64,000 nt of DNA. Source: Polyangiaceae bacterium. Lineage in GTDB: Bacteria; Myxococcota_A; Polyangia; Polyangiales; Polyangiaceae. A program made the translations under genes and the position numbers. This document shows, piece after piece, positions 26,502 to 36,225 of this stretch. The notes beneath the pieces are model-generated. The model did no database searches. It saw only the letters and a list, made by a program, of their open reading frames with translations, and was not told where the DNA came from. Positions within the stretch are counted from its first letter, which is position 1, and the number at the start of each line of letters is the position of its first letter. Where the stretch lies: positions 18,658 through 82,657 of the forward strand of contig JBGANF010000020.1 in assembly GCA_044222475.1 (NCBI GenBank). Direction: 5' to 3'.

Positions 26502-28007
26502 ATGCAAGGGGACATGACCCAAGCCGCCCCCCTCGGTTCCGGTGCGCTGCCGAGCCCCCGCGTGCCCGAAGCGTCTCGTCCGCTCCTCGTCGGTCTCGGC
26601 CTCGGGGCGCTCACCGAGGCGCTCTTTCACGGCGCCCCAATCGGTGCAAACTACACGTTCTACGTCGCCATCCTCGTGGCCCTCGTCGTGATGAACGGAC
26701 CGCGCGGCGTGTCGATCCTCGCCCGCCCGACCGTGCCGTTCGTCGCCGTGCTCGCGATCGCCTCGGCGAGCGCGGTGTTCCTGCGCGCGAGCACGTGGAG
26801 CATGGTCTTCGCCCTTCCAGTGAGCGCGACCCTCGTCGCCGTCCTGCCGGTGCTCGTCCACGACGAAGGCTCGCTCGCTCGCTCGACGCTGCGCGCGCTC
26901 GCCGCGCCCGCGCGGATTCCGGCGGCCAGCGGCGACCTCGTGCGGGAGAGCGCTCCGCTCTTCGGCCCTGCGGGCCTTCGCGTCGTGGGTCGCGCGCTCG
27001 TCGGCTTGCTCGTCGGTGCGCCGGTCGCCGGCGGTTTCGCGATCCTCCTCGCGTTCGATCCCAACTTCACCGCCGCGATCGACGGGCTCGTCGACCGCGC
27101 GTGGGGGACGACGAGCGTCATCGTGTGGGGCGTGCTCTCCGGCACGGCGCTCCTCTTCGGCTACCGGGCGCTGAGTCGGCGCGATGCCGCGCCTTCTCCG
27201 GAGCGCCAGGAGCTTCCGTACCGCCAACCGACCGACGCCGCCGCGCCCATCGCGTCGGGTGCGCCCGGCGTCGTCTCGCCGCTCACGTGGAGCATCATCG
27301 TCGGCCAGACCGCCGCGGTGTTCCTCCTCTACGCCGGGGTCAACGCGCGCGCGTGGTTCGCGGGGCACCGTGCGGTCAGCGCACCCGGCGAGACCTACGC
27401 GACGTACCTGCACGCGGGGTTCATCCAGCTCTTGATGGCGGCGACGCTCTCCGTCGGGATGGTCCTCGTCGGTCACTTCCTGCTCAGGCCGTACGGCTCG
27501 ACCTCCCGCGTGGGACCGGTGCCCGGCGGCAAGCGGCTCGCCGCGATCGAGATCGCTCTGCTCCTCGGTACCGCGCTCGCCCTCGTCTCGTGCGCCCAGC
27601 GCCTCGTCGTCTACGTCGAAGCCTACGGCGCGACGTACGAACGGATCGGCGTCGGCGCCGTGTGCCTCTTCATCGGCTTCGTGGTGGCGCTGACGACCTG
27701 GAAGAGCGCGCGCCGCGACTTCGGTCGCTACGCGAGCTTTCTCCTCGGAGGCGCGGCGGTCCTCGGGACGGCGTGCGCGCTGTTCGACGCCGACGGGACG
27801 ATCGCGCGCGTCAACGTCGAGCGCGGCGCGCGCGGCGAGTACGTCGACGTGGAGTACCTCGCGAGCCTCTCGTGCGACGCGCGACCGGTGCTCTCGCGTC
27901 CCGAGCTCGGGCCCGATCGGCGCGCGCTCCTCGACGAGGCGTGGACAAAGCCCGCCACCGGGCGAGACGTGCGCGGCTACCGTGGAGCGCTCGCATGCGG
28001 CCGATGA
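26502..28007 (+). CDS. DUF4153/DUF4173-like polytopic membrane protein
   Basis: TYATYLHAGFIQL, RLVVYVEAYGAT.ER, IARVNV, DVEYLASLS.DA. Confidence 0.75.
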   Translation: MQGDMTQAAPLGSGALPSPRVPEASRPLLVGLGLGALTEALFHGAPIGANYTFYVAILVALVVMNGPRGVSILARPTVPFVAVLAIASASAVFLRASTWSMVFALPVSATLVAVLPVLVHDEGSLARSTLRALAAPARIPAASGDLVRESAPLFGPAGLRVVGRALVGLLVGAPVAGGFAILLAFDPNFTAAIDGLVDRAWGTTSVIVWGVLSGTALLFGYRALSRRDAAPSPERQELPYRQPTDAAAPIASGAPGVVSPLTWSIIVGQTAAVFLLYAGVNARAWFAGHRAVSAPGETYATYLHAGFIQLLMAATLSVGMVLVGHFLLRPYGSTSRVGPVPGGKRLAAIEIALLLGTALALVSCAQRLVVYVEAYGATYERIGVGAVCLFIGFVVALTTWKSARRDFGRYASFLLGGAAVLGTACALFDADGTIARVNVERGARGEYVDVEYLASLSCDARPVLSRPELGPDRRALLDEAWTKPATGRDVRGYRGALACGR

Positions 28008-29179
28008 CTCGCACGGCAGGTCTCGGGACGCTGCGCGGGCTCGCCGTCTTCGGCGCGAGCGTCGTCCTCGTGTGGTCGCAGCTCTCGCGGTTCTTCGACC
28101 CGACCGGCGACGAAGGCGCGAAGCTCCTCGCCGAAGAGCGGGCGACGCTCGCCGACGCGCCGCGGGAGCGAGAGGTGCGAGAGTCGCTCCGTCGCACGAA
28201 CCCGGAGTGGGATCTCATGCGACGGATGTTCATCGGCCTCACCCTCGCGAACGAGGCGGAGAGCGATCCGGAGCATCGTCGCGAGCTCCTCGCGGACCTC
28301 GATGCGCTCGCCGACGATCTCGTCGACGAGGACGATCGCGGTGGTCCGCGCGGCTTTCTCCTCCCGTACGGCAAGGTGCGCCCGTTCCGCGGGGAAGAGC
28401 ACTCGATCTTCGCCGACGGCGAAATCGCGCTCGTCTTGGCGGCTCGCGAGGTCGTGGAGCCCACGGCGAGCCCGGCACGTCGCCACGCGCTCGACGTGCG
28501 CGTCGCGCGGATCGAGAGCGCGATGAACGCTAGCCCGAGCCGATCGGGCGAGAGCTACCCCGACGAGGCGTGGACGTTCTGCAACACCACCGCGCTCGCA
28601 GCCCTGAGGCTCTACGACACCGCTCGCGGGACCGATCACCGCGTCTTCGCCACCGCGTGGCTCGACTACGCAAAGCAGCACCTCGTCGATGCGAAGACCG
28701 GGCTGCTCGTATCGAGCTTCCGGTGGGACGGCACGTGGCTCGACGGTCCGGAGGGATCGACGATCTTCATGGCGGCGCAGAACCTGCTCCTGTGGGACGA
28801 CGCGTTCGCCCGGGATCAGTGGACTCGAGCCAAGAGCGCGCTCGTCTTCGACGTGGCGGGGTTCTCGCTCGCCCGCGAGTGGCCGCGGGCCGGCGATTCG
28901 GCGATGGACGTCGACAGCGGTCCGGTGATCCCCCTGCTCGACGCGAGCCCGGGGGCGAGCGGCCTCGCCGTCCTCGGCGCGGCGGCGTTCGGCGACGAGA
29001 CCACGAAGCGCGGGCTCCTCCGATCGCTGAGGTTCGCCGCGTTCCCGGAGCGCACGAAGAGCGGCATGCGCTTCGCAGGCGCCAGCGCGATGGGAGACGC
29101 CGTCGTCGACTACGCGCTCCACGTTGGCCCACTTTGGGACAAGGCGCTTCACGCAGGCGCGAAGGAGGCTTCTCGATGA
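28004..29179 (+). CDS. Linalool dehydratase/isomerase-like alpha/alpha-barrel protein
   Basis: ESYPDEAWTFCNTTALAAL, TGLL, AREWP, DVDSGP. ATGA overlap with the upstream gene. Family assignment is from remembered motif similarity. Confidence 0.55.
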   Translation: MTRTAGLGTLRGLAVFGASVVLVWSQLSRFFDPTGDEGAKLLAEERATLADAPREREVRESLRRTNPEWDLMRRMFIGLTLANEAESDPEHRRELLADLDALADDLVDEDDRGGPRGFLLPYGKVRPFRGEEHSIFADGEIALVLAAREVVEPTASPARRHALDVRVARIESAMNASPSRSGESYPDEAWTFCNTTALAALRLYDTARGTDHRVFATAWLDYAKQHLVDAKTGLLVSSFRWDGTWLDGPEGSTIFMAAQNLLLWDDAFARDQWTRAKSALVFDVAGFSLAREWPRAGDSAMDVDSGPVIPLLDASPGASGLAVLGAAAFGDETTKRGLLRSLRFAAFPERTKSGMRFAGASAMGDAVVDYALHVGPLWDKALHAGAKEASR

Positions 29180-29436
29180 AACCGAAGCGCATGGTCGTCC
29201 TCGCGGCGGTGCTCGTCGCGGTTCACGTGGCCCTCGACGTCGCCGGCGGGCGCACTGCGACCGGCGCGCTCTCAGGATCGATCCACGGAAACGGCGCCCT
29301 CCTCTTCGGCGTGCTCACGATGCTGTCGTACTTCGCCGCCGTCCTCGTCGCGCCGCCTCTCGTCCTCACCGCCGGCGTGCTCGCTGCGCTCGACGTCCTC
29401 CGCGCTGGTACCAAGGGCGACCCCCAGCTACGGTGA
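29176..29436 (+). CDS. Small membrane protein
   Basis: GGAGG RBS, ATGA overlap, hydrophobic helices. Confidence 0.65.
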   Translation: MKPKRMVVLAAVLVAVHVALDVAGGRTATGALSGSIHGNGALLFGVLTMLSYFAAVLVAPPLVLTAGVLAALDVLRAGTKGDPQLR

Positions 29437-29442
29437 GCGCCC

Positions 29443-30810
29443 GTGCGCTCCCTCTCGTTCGCCGCGATCGTCCTCGTCGCGTGCAGCGCCCCTGCGCTGC
29501 CGCCGGTCGCTCCGGTGACCACCGCGAAGGTCGCTCCGTTGCCCGATGCGGTCGATCTCGCGACCTCCCTCGCGAACGAGGTCGGTCCTCGGCTCGCGGG
29601 GAGCCCGGGCGACGCCGCCGCCGTCGCGTGGGGTCTGAAGACGATGACGTCGCTGGGGTTCGCCCACGTCCACAGCGAGCCGGTGCCGGTGCCCGTGTGG
29701 CGGCGCCTCGACGAGAGCGCGACGGTCGGCGAGGCGCCGCTCGCGGTCACCGCCCTCGGCGGTAGCCCGTCGACGCCAGCGGACGGCGTCTTCGCCGAGG
29801 TGACGACGGTGAGATCGCTCGACGAGGTCACGAAGGCGCCGGCTGCGGCGTACCAAGGCCGCATCGTGTTCTTCGACGTCGCGATCGCCCGTGCCCGCGA
29901 TGGAAGCGGATACGGAGGCGGGGCCAAGGTGCGCGTGCTCGGGCCAGCGGCCGCCGCAGCGAAGGGCGCGCTCGCAGTGCTCCTGCGCAGCGTCGGCACC
30001 GGCGACGACGACTTGCCCCACACCGGCGTGACGAAGGATCCGGACGCGCCGGTCGTGGCGATCCCGTCGGCCGCGCTCGGTCGCGCGAGCGCGGATCGCC
30101 TCGTCGCGGCGCTCGCGAAGGATGCGCAGACGAAGGTCCGGCTGCGCATCCACACGGAGCGCGCCGCGGAGGCCACGAGCGCGAACGTCGTAGGGGACGT
30201 CGTCGGCATGGAGCCCGGGATCGTCCTGCTCGGCGCGCACCTCGACTCGTGGGACCTCGGTCGGGGAGCGACCGACGACGGCTGCGGCGTCGGGGCCGTG
30301 CTCGACGCAGCGGCGCGCGTCGCTCGCGCGGGCGTACCGCGGCGCACGGTGAGGGTCGTCCTCTTCGCCGCCGAAGAGAACAGCGGCGCTGGCGCGAAGG
30401 CGTACGCGGCGGCCCACGCGACCGATCCGCACGTCTCGGCGACCGAGATGGATGCCGGGTGCGGCGCTCCCTACGAGGTGCGCGTGCTCGCCGGGCCCGG
30501 CGAGGCGACGACCGCGATCACGAGCGCGATCCGTCGGGCGATCGTGCCGATCCCTCTCGCGGAAGCGACCGCGGAGGGCGGCGCCGACGTCCAGGCCCTT
30601 CGCGTGCTCGGCGTCCCCGTCATCGACGTGCGCCAGGACATGACGCACTACTTCGACATGCACCACACGAAGGGCGACGACGCGGCCGCCATCGATGGCC
30701 CGGCGCTGCGCGTCGCGGCGCAGACCCTTGCTCGCGTCGCGCTCGCCGTCGCCCGCGCGGACGGGACCCTCGGCCCCGTGCCGGAGACGAAGCGAAAGCG
30801 GAGCTACTAG
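29443..30810 (+). CDS. M28 family metallopeptidase (carboxypeptidase Q-like) lipoprotein
   Basis: VGPRLAGS, GAHLDSWD, GATDDG, AAEE, YFDMHHT. Confidence 0.9.
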   Translation: MRSLSFAAIVLVACSAPALPPVAPVTTAKVAPLPDAVDLATSLANEVGPRLAGSPGDAAAVAWGLKTMTSLGFAHVHSEPVPVPVWRRLDESATVGEAPLAVTALGGSPSTPADGVFAEVTTVRSLDEVTKAPAAAYQGRIVFFDVAIARARDGSGYGGGAKVRVLGPAAAAAKGALAVLLRSVGTGDDDLPHTGVTKDPDAPVVAIPSAALGRASADRLVAALAKDAQTKVRLRIHTERAAEATSANVVGDVVGMEPGIVLLGAHLDSWDLGRGATDDGCGVGAVLDAAARVARAGVPRRTVRVVLFAAEENSGAGAKAYAAAHATDPHVSATEMDAGCGAPYEVRVLAGPGEATTAITSAIRRAIVPIPLAEATAEGGADVQALRVLGVPVIDVRQDMTHYFDMHHTKGDDAAAIDGPALRVAAQTLARVALAVARADGTLGPVPETKRKRSY

Positions 30811-30864
30811 CGCGCAATCTTTGCCGATTCTTTGCGCGCCCATGCAGATGACTTACACTGAAGC

Positions 30865-31905
30865 ATGCGACGACTTTTCTTGGGGGGGTTCGCCGTCTGT
30901 CTGGCCGGATGCGGGCTGGACCAGGCGGGACAACTCCAGGAAACCGAGGCCGGCCCCGACGTGGTCGTCATCCTCGACGGATCGAACGACCGCACCGTCG
31001 TCGACGCTCCCGTCGATTCGCCGGTCGACCTCGACGCGAGCGACGGCGGCACCGACGCGAGCGACGGCGGCACCGACGCGAGCGACGCCGGCACCGACGC
31101 CAGCGATGCCGGCTGCCCGCTCACTGCGTGCACCGTGGCCAACGTCCCCGGCGGCTGGGAGCCCATCGCCTACAAGGAGAACACGGGGGCATGCCCGGCG
31201 ACGTTCAACGGGACGGCCTACGTCACCAACCCCACCGTGGGCGGCAGCACGTGCACGTGCGGGTGCTCTCTCACGCAGAACCCGGTCTGCGACGTCGGCA
31301 CGAGCCAGACCTACTTCTCCAACGCCGCGGGCTGCGGCTCGACCGGACAAGCGCTGACCTTCAGCGGATCGGGGTGCCTCAACTTCCCCGGTGGCAACTT
31401 GGCGAACTTCTACAAGTCGACGGCACTGCCGGTCTCGGGCGGTGCGTGCACGGCGGCGCCGGTCACCGGCTCGGCGGTCGAGACGACCGCCGAGTCGTGC
31501 GCTCCCACGGTCTGCAAGGAGGACATCTGCGCCGGCAACGTCCCGGCGACCTACGCGGCGTGCATCGAGACGCCCGGCGACCAAGCGTGCCCGGGCTCGT
31601 CGCCGTTCACGGTGAAGCACCTCATCGGCACGAACACGAACGTCTCGTGCTCGAACTCGTGCAGCTGCGCTGCGACCGGCACGTGCTCCGCGCCGAAGAT
31701 CGCGTTCTACTCCGACAACTCGTGCACGAGCCTCACCGTGACGCTCGCGTCGGACAACACCTGCATCGGCACCGGGTCGGGTGGAAGCTTCGTGAGCAGC
31801 GGCAAGTACTCGGCCACGCTCACGAACCCCACGTGCACGAAAGGTGGGTCGACCACCGCAACCCTCGATCTGCAGAACAAACGCACGATCTGCTGCCGGC
31901 CGTGA
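30865..31905 (+). CDS. Cys-rich lipoprotein with DASDGGT repeats
   Basis: Lipobox LAGC, numerous Cys, C-terminal TICC. Confidence 0.75.
   Translation: MRRLFLGGFAVCLAGCGLDQAGQLQETEAGPDVVVILDGSNDRTVVDAPVDSPVDLDASDGGTDASDGGTDASDAGTDASDAGCPLTACTVANVPGGWEPIAYKENTGACPATFNGTAYVTNPTVGGSTCTCGCSLTQNPVCDVGTSQTYFSNAAGCGSTGQALTFSGSGCLNFPGGNLANFYKSTALPVSGGACTAAPVTGSAVETTAESCAPTVCKEDICAGNVPATYAACIETPGDQACPGSSPFTVKHLIGTNTNVSCSNSCSCAATGTCSAPKIAFYSDNSCTSLTVTLASDNTCIGTGSGGSFVSSGKYSATLTNPTCTKGGSTTATLDLQNKRTICCRP
31033..31113 (+). repeat. In-frame 21-bp tandem repeat (about 3.9 copies)
   Basis: Unit GACGCGAGCGACGGCGGCACC encoding DASDGGT. Confidence 0.85.
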
Positions 31906-31961
31906 GCCCACTGTAAGGTCCCGGGTCCCGCCCCGTTTCCTCCACCACAACGGAGGAATTC

Positions 31962-33512
31962 ATGCGTCGATCCCTGCGCCTCGCCATCGTCACCGCACCG
32001 CTCCTCGCTGCTGCCTGCGGCGGTTCCTACAGTCGCTCGCCGACGAGCACCGCGGACATGATGCCTCCGCCGAGCGCGCCCTCCGGCAGCGCGTACCTCG
32101 CCGATGGAGAGCCCAAGGCGGCGAACACCGAGCAGTACACCGACTACGGCGTGAACGGCCTCACGGACGCGTCGAAGGACCACCTCTCCACGTTCGCGAT
32201 CGACGTCGATACGGCGTCGTACTCGATCACGCGCCGCTACATCACGCAGCAGGGCTCGCTCCCTCCGTTCGCCGCGGTCCGCGTCGAGGAGTTCGTGAAC
32301 TCGTTCCGCTACGACTACGCGCCTCCGGCTGCCGGGAGCCCGTTCGCCGTCCACATGACCGGCGCACCTTCGCCGTACGCGAAGGGGCACAGCCTCATTC
32401 GCGTCGCGCTCCAGGGAAAGTCGATCACGCCGGCCGAGCGCAAGCCGGTTCACCTCGTGTACCTCGTCGACACGAGCGGCTCGATGAGCTCGGAAGACAA
32501 GATCGGTCTCGCGAAGAAGTCGCTGCGCTTGCTCACCGACACGCTACATGCCGGTGACACCGTCGCGCTCTGTACCTACGCCGGCAGCGTGAGCCTGGTG
32601 CTCCCGCCGACGAGCATCGACGACAAAGCGAAGATCCTGAAGGGCATCGACAACCTCATGGCCGGCGGCTCGACCGCGATGGCGAGCGGCATCGACCTCG
32701 CCTACAGCCTCGCCAGCAAGACCCACGTCCCCGGCGACATCAGCCGAGTCGTCGTGCTCTCCGACGGCGACGCCAACGTCGGCACGACGAGCCACGAGGA
32801 CATCCTCAAGCAGATTGCAAAATACAAGGATCAGGGGATCACCCTGTCGACCGTGGGCTTCGGCTCCGGCAACTACAAGGACACGATGATGGAGCAGCTC
32901 GCCGACAAGGGCGACGGCAACTACTCGTACATCGACAGCGAGTCCGAGGCGCGGCGCGTGTTCGGCGAAGCCGTCGACGGTCTGCTCCAAGTGATCGCCC
33001 GTGACGTGAAGGTCCAGGTCGACTTCGATCCGAAGGTCGTCAAAGAGTACCGCCTCATCGGCTACGAGAACCGCGACGTCGCCGACAAGGACTTCACGAA
33101 CGACAAGGTCGACGGAGGCGAGGTCGGCGCCGGTCACTCGGTGACCGCGCTCTACGACGTGGTGCTCCAACCGTCTGCAGCCGGCTCGCCGCTCACCGTG
33201 CACCTCCGCGCGAAGCCGCCCCTCGGCGGCGACAAGGCGACGCAGACCGACTTCGTGATGGATCCGAAGGCGATGGCGAAGAGCTTCGACGAGGTCCCGG
33301 CCAGCTTCCGCTTCGCCACTGCGGTCGCGGGGTTCGCGGAGATCCTCCGCAAGAGCCCCTACGCTCACGACTACGGCTTCGCCGACGTGCAGAAGATCGC
33401 CCAGGCGTCGCTCGAAGCGAAGCCCGAGCGCGCCGAGTTCCTCGATCTCGTGAAGCGCGCGAACCAGATCACCGGCGGTGCGCCGCAGACCACGGTGCCC
33501 ATCGCACACTGA
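31962..33512 (+). CDS. YfbK-like vWA domain lipoprotein (vWF_A, VWA, DUF3520)
   Basis: STFAIDVDTASY, VRVEEFVN, DTSGSM MIDAS motif, YRLIGYENR. Confidence 0.92.
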   Translation: MRRSLRLAIVTAPLLAAACGGSYSRSPTSTADMMPPPSAPSGSAYLADGEPKAANTEQYTDYGVNGLTDASKDHLSTFAIDVDTASYSITRRYITQQGSLPPFAAVRVEEFVNSFRYDYAPPAAGSPFAVHMTGAPSPYAKGHSLIRVALQGKSITPAERKPVHLVYLVDTSGSMSSEDKIGLAKKSLRLLTDTLHAGDTVALCTYAGSVSLVLPPTSIDDKAKILKGIDNLMAGGSTAMASGIDLAYSLASKTHVPGDISRVVVLSDGDANVGTTSHEDILKQIAKYKDQGITLSTVGFGSGNYKDTMMEQLADKGDGNYSYIDSESEARRVFGEAVDGLLQVIARDVKVQVDFDPKVVKEYRLIGYENRDVADKDFTNDKVDGGEVGAGHSVTALYDVVLQPSAAGSPLTVHLRAKPPLGGDKATQTDFVMDPKAMAKSFDEVPASFRFATAVAGFAEILRKSPYAHDYGFADVQKIAQASLEAKPERAEFLDLVKRANQITGGAPQTTVPIAH

Positions 33513-33524
33513 GCAGCTCTCGCC

Positions 33525-33632
33525 CGGCGCCCGTGGCCGTGCCCGTGCCCGAACCACGCCGTCACCGGTATCGCTCCCAACTACGAGATCGGCGGCGGCG
33601 TTCTTCGGGCACGGGCACGGCTTCGGGCGCCG
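33525..33632. repeat. 29-bp inverted repeat ((GTGCCC)n type)
   Basis: 33525-33553 versus the reverse complement of 33604-33632: 27/29 identical. Confidence 0.8.
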
Positions 33633-33673
33633 CTCCTTGACGCTTCGCGGCGAGTGAGCATCTTAGAGGCGCC

Positions 33674-34339
33674 GTGTGTCCCCATTGCCGCCAAGACGCG
33701 CCCATCGTGTACCGCGGCATCGCGGCCTACTGCACGGCGTGCGGCCAGCCGCGCCTGCCGCTCGTCGCCAAGTCGGTGAACCTCGCAGGGCAGGGGTCGC
33801 AAGTGGGCGGCACGGTCACGCGGGTGCTCGGGTTCATCGTTCTCTTCACCGGGCTCGCGGTCTCTCTCGTGGTGTTCGGCATCCTGGCGATCTTCGTGCC
33901 CGCGCTTTGGATCGCCGCCGCGGTGGGCGTGCCGCTCGCGCTCCTCGTGGCGCTCGCCGCGTGGAGCATCATCCGCAGCGGCCGCACGCTCGAGAAGAGC
34001 GGCTTGTCCGAGCAAGAGAGCACGCGCCTCGAAGCGGTGCTCGCGCTGGCGCGCAACAAGAAGGGGCCGCTGAGCGCGGCCGAGGTCAGCGCGTCGTTGG
34101 GAATCCACTGGGCGCAGGCCGACGCGCTCCTGACCGATCTGGCGAAGCGCCACCCCGAGATCGCCACCGTCGAGATCGACGATCAAGGAGGGGTGTTCTA
34201 CCGGGTCGACCCGGGGACGCCGAAGCTCCGCGTGGCTCCAACGTCATCGTTGGGAGACGACCTCGAGCGAGCTCGCTGGGCGGAAGCGGCGGAAGCGGAG
34301 AGCGAAGCGCAGGCGCACGCTCGAGCGAAACGGCATTGA
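33674..34339 (+). CDS. Membrane protein with N-terminal zinc ribbon
   Basis: CPHC...CTAC, two TM helices, and a possible wHTH-like C-terminus. Confidence 0.7.
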   Translation: MCPHCRQDAPIVYRGIAAYCTACGQPRLPLVAKSVNLAGQGSQVGGTVTRVLGFIVLFTGLAVSLVVFGILAIFVPALWIAAAVGVPLALLVALAAWSIIRSGRTLEKSGLSEQESTRLEAVLALARNKKGPLSAAEVSASLGIHWAQADALLTDLAKRHPEIATVEIDDQGGVFYRVDPGTPKLRVAPTSSLGDDLERARWAEAAEAESEAQAHARAKRH

Positions 34340-34346
34340 TGGAGCA

Positions 34347-34613
34347 CCCCGGACTGAAGTCCGGTGGACTCATCGCATTCTGCGTTTCGCGAGCGAATTT
34401 CATGGCGCCCCGGACTGAAGTCCGGGGCAGCAACGGAATCGATGCATGACCCAACCAAAGCCCGCGCGGAGCGCGGGCTCCCCGTGCTGAGGCGATCCAT
34501 CATACCAGCTTGGGACAACGTTTGATGTGGCAACGAGAGCCCGCCCTCCTGGGCGGGCTTTGGGCGAGTACGCGGCGGGCCCGCTGCTGCCCCGGACTTC
34601 AGTCCGGGGCGCC
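34347..34613. repeat. REP/REPIN-like palindrome cluster
   Basis: Three CCGGACTGAAGTCCGG-type palindromes. 34404-34432 and 34585-34613 are perfect 29-bp inverted copies enclosing a second inverted palindrome pair. Confidence 0.85.
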
Positions 34614-34640
34614 CGGCGATCGAGATTGGATGAGGTGCCA

Positions 34641-35771
34641 TCACTGCGTGCAGTCGTCCGTCCACGCGGCGCCGCACGGCTGGAGCTGACCGACGCCGGC
34701 CTTCACCGCGCCGAACTTCGCGCCGACCGCCTCGAACCCGAGCGCGAGGGAGAGCGCATCGCACGGTGCGTTCGTGTTGTCGTTCTGGGGCGACGACACG
34801 ATGTCGAGGTTCTTGCAGATGAGCGCCTTGATGCTCGCGTAGGTTCCGGAGTCGCCGCAGAGGTACTCGTCGGTGAGCGGCACCTTGATCGACTGAATCG
34901 ACGTGAGGAACTTCCGCGACGGCCAGCGACCCGTCAACACACCCTCGCTGATGGACCAGACGCCGTTCTTCTGAACGACCTTCCCGGTGACGACGACGCC
35001 GCTCATGTTCACCTTGAGCGACGCGAGCCCGCTGCCGGCGGCCAGCTCGAGGTCGGCGTTGGCGAGCGACGCGACGAGCACTCCGTCGCGCACGTACGCC
35101 GCCGTGTCGACGCTGTTCGGCTGCGGGATGTACGGCGGCGCGATGCCTCCGAGGAGGGAGCGCGGGTCGACCGTCCAGACGTCGGTCCCGTCGAACGCGG
35201 GCGTCTTCGGCGGACCCCCGTCGACCTGGGGCTCGGTGCCGTTCGAGATGTAGAGTGCCGCCTCGACGCTCGTGTCGTTGGGGGCGCCGTTGTAGTTGCG
35301 GATGCGCACGAGCAAGCCGAACTCGCCGGCCTGCATGCGTTGGTTGAGCTTCTGGGGGTTGTACGACGTCGCGAACGACGTGAACTGCGTGAGGAGCTGC
35401 CCGCCGGAGTTGTCGCGCCCGGCGTCGTCGTCGCACATGGGTCCTGCGCCCTTCGGTGGCACGCACGAGCCAGGGCCAGGGCACGTGCACGCGCGATCGA
35501 GGTCGAAGCCGCGGCTCGCGCCGCCGTCGCTCGGAAAGTCGAACTGACGCACCGCGAACGTGAGGTCGCCGGCATCGACCCCGGGATCGTCACTCGCAGG
35601 GCGCGCGGGGTACGTCGCTCCGTTGCAGGCAAAGGCGTCGGGGCCTCCGTCGCCGGGGACGATGCCTCCGTCGCCGGGGACGAGCAGCGACGTGTCGTAG
35701 ACGGCGCACGACGCCCACGCAGCGACGATGGACGCTGCGAAGATCAGTCCGACGACGGTTCCACGATGCAT
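34641..35771 (-). CDS. Hypothetical secreted/lipoprotein
   Basis: Signal ending in ASC, GFDLD..CTC, DDDAGRDN, CDALS. Confidence 0.7.
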   Translation of the reverse strand: MHRGTVVGLIFAASIVAAWASCAVYDTSLLVPGDGGIVPGDGGPDAFACNGATYPARPASDDPGVDAGDLTFAVRQFDFPSDGGASRGFDLDRACTCPGPGSCVPPKGAGPMCDDDAGRDNSGGQLLTQFTSFATSYNPQKLNQRMQAGEFGLLVRIRNYNGAPNDTSVEAALYISNGTEPQVDGGPPKTPAFDGTDVWTVDPRSLLGGIAPPYIPQPNSVDTAAYVRDGVLVASLANADLELAAGSGLASLKVNMSGVVVTGKVVQKNGVWSISEGVLTGRWPSRKFLTSIQSIKVPLTDEYLCGDSGTYASIKALICKNLDIVSSPQNDNTNAPCDALSLALGFEAVGAKFGAVKAGVGQLQPCGAAWTDDCTQ

Positions 35772-35802
35772 GAGCTTCAGGTCGCGCCCGAAGGCGCTCA
35801 GC

Positions 35803-36132
35803 TCATCGTACTTCCAAAAGCTCGACTTCGAAAACGAGGGTCGAGTTGGGCGGGATCACGTCGCCGAAGCCGTCCGCGCCGTACGCCATGTCGGACGGGA
35901 TCGTGAGCTTGCGGAGCTCGCCGACCTTCATGCCGGCCACGCCGACGTCCCAGCCTTGGATGACCATCCCAGCGCCGAGCTTGAAGGTGAAGCCCTTCCC
36001 CCGGTCGCGCGAGCTGTCGAACTTCGACCCGTTGGTCAGCGTCCCCACGTAGTGGACGGTGACGGTGTTGCCTTTGGCGGCAGTGGCACCCGTGCCCGGG
36101 CGCAGCGTTTCCATCGCGAGCTGGCTCATCAC
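35803..36132 (-). CDS. FKBP-type peptidyl-prolyl isomerase
   Basis: VHYVGTL, FDSSRDR, VIQGWD, IPPNSTLVFEVELL. Confidence 0.96.
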   Translation of the reverse strand: MMSQLAMETLRPGTGATAAKGNTVTVHYVGTLTNGSKFDSSRDRGKGFTFKLGAGMVIQGWDVGVAGMKVGELRKLTIPSDMAYGADGFGDVIPPNSTLVFEVELLEVR

Positions 36133-36225
36133 CGCTTGGAACCACGAGCGGACGAAGGCGTCAAGCGCCAGCCGCCGCTAGTCGGGTCGTGCGCATCGTG
36201 CTAACCGTTCGTCTCGTGGCTCCCG

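Noticed and set aside
31033..31113. Possible CRISPR-like repeat
   Set aside because: These are contiguous in-frame 21-bp coding repeats with no spacers and no cas genes.
34347..34613. Possible mini-CRISPR array
   Set aside because: The copies are in inverted orientation with irregular spacing, which fits REP/REPIN.
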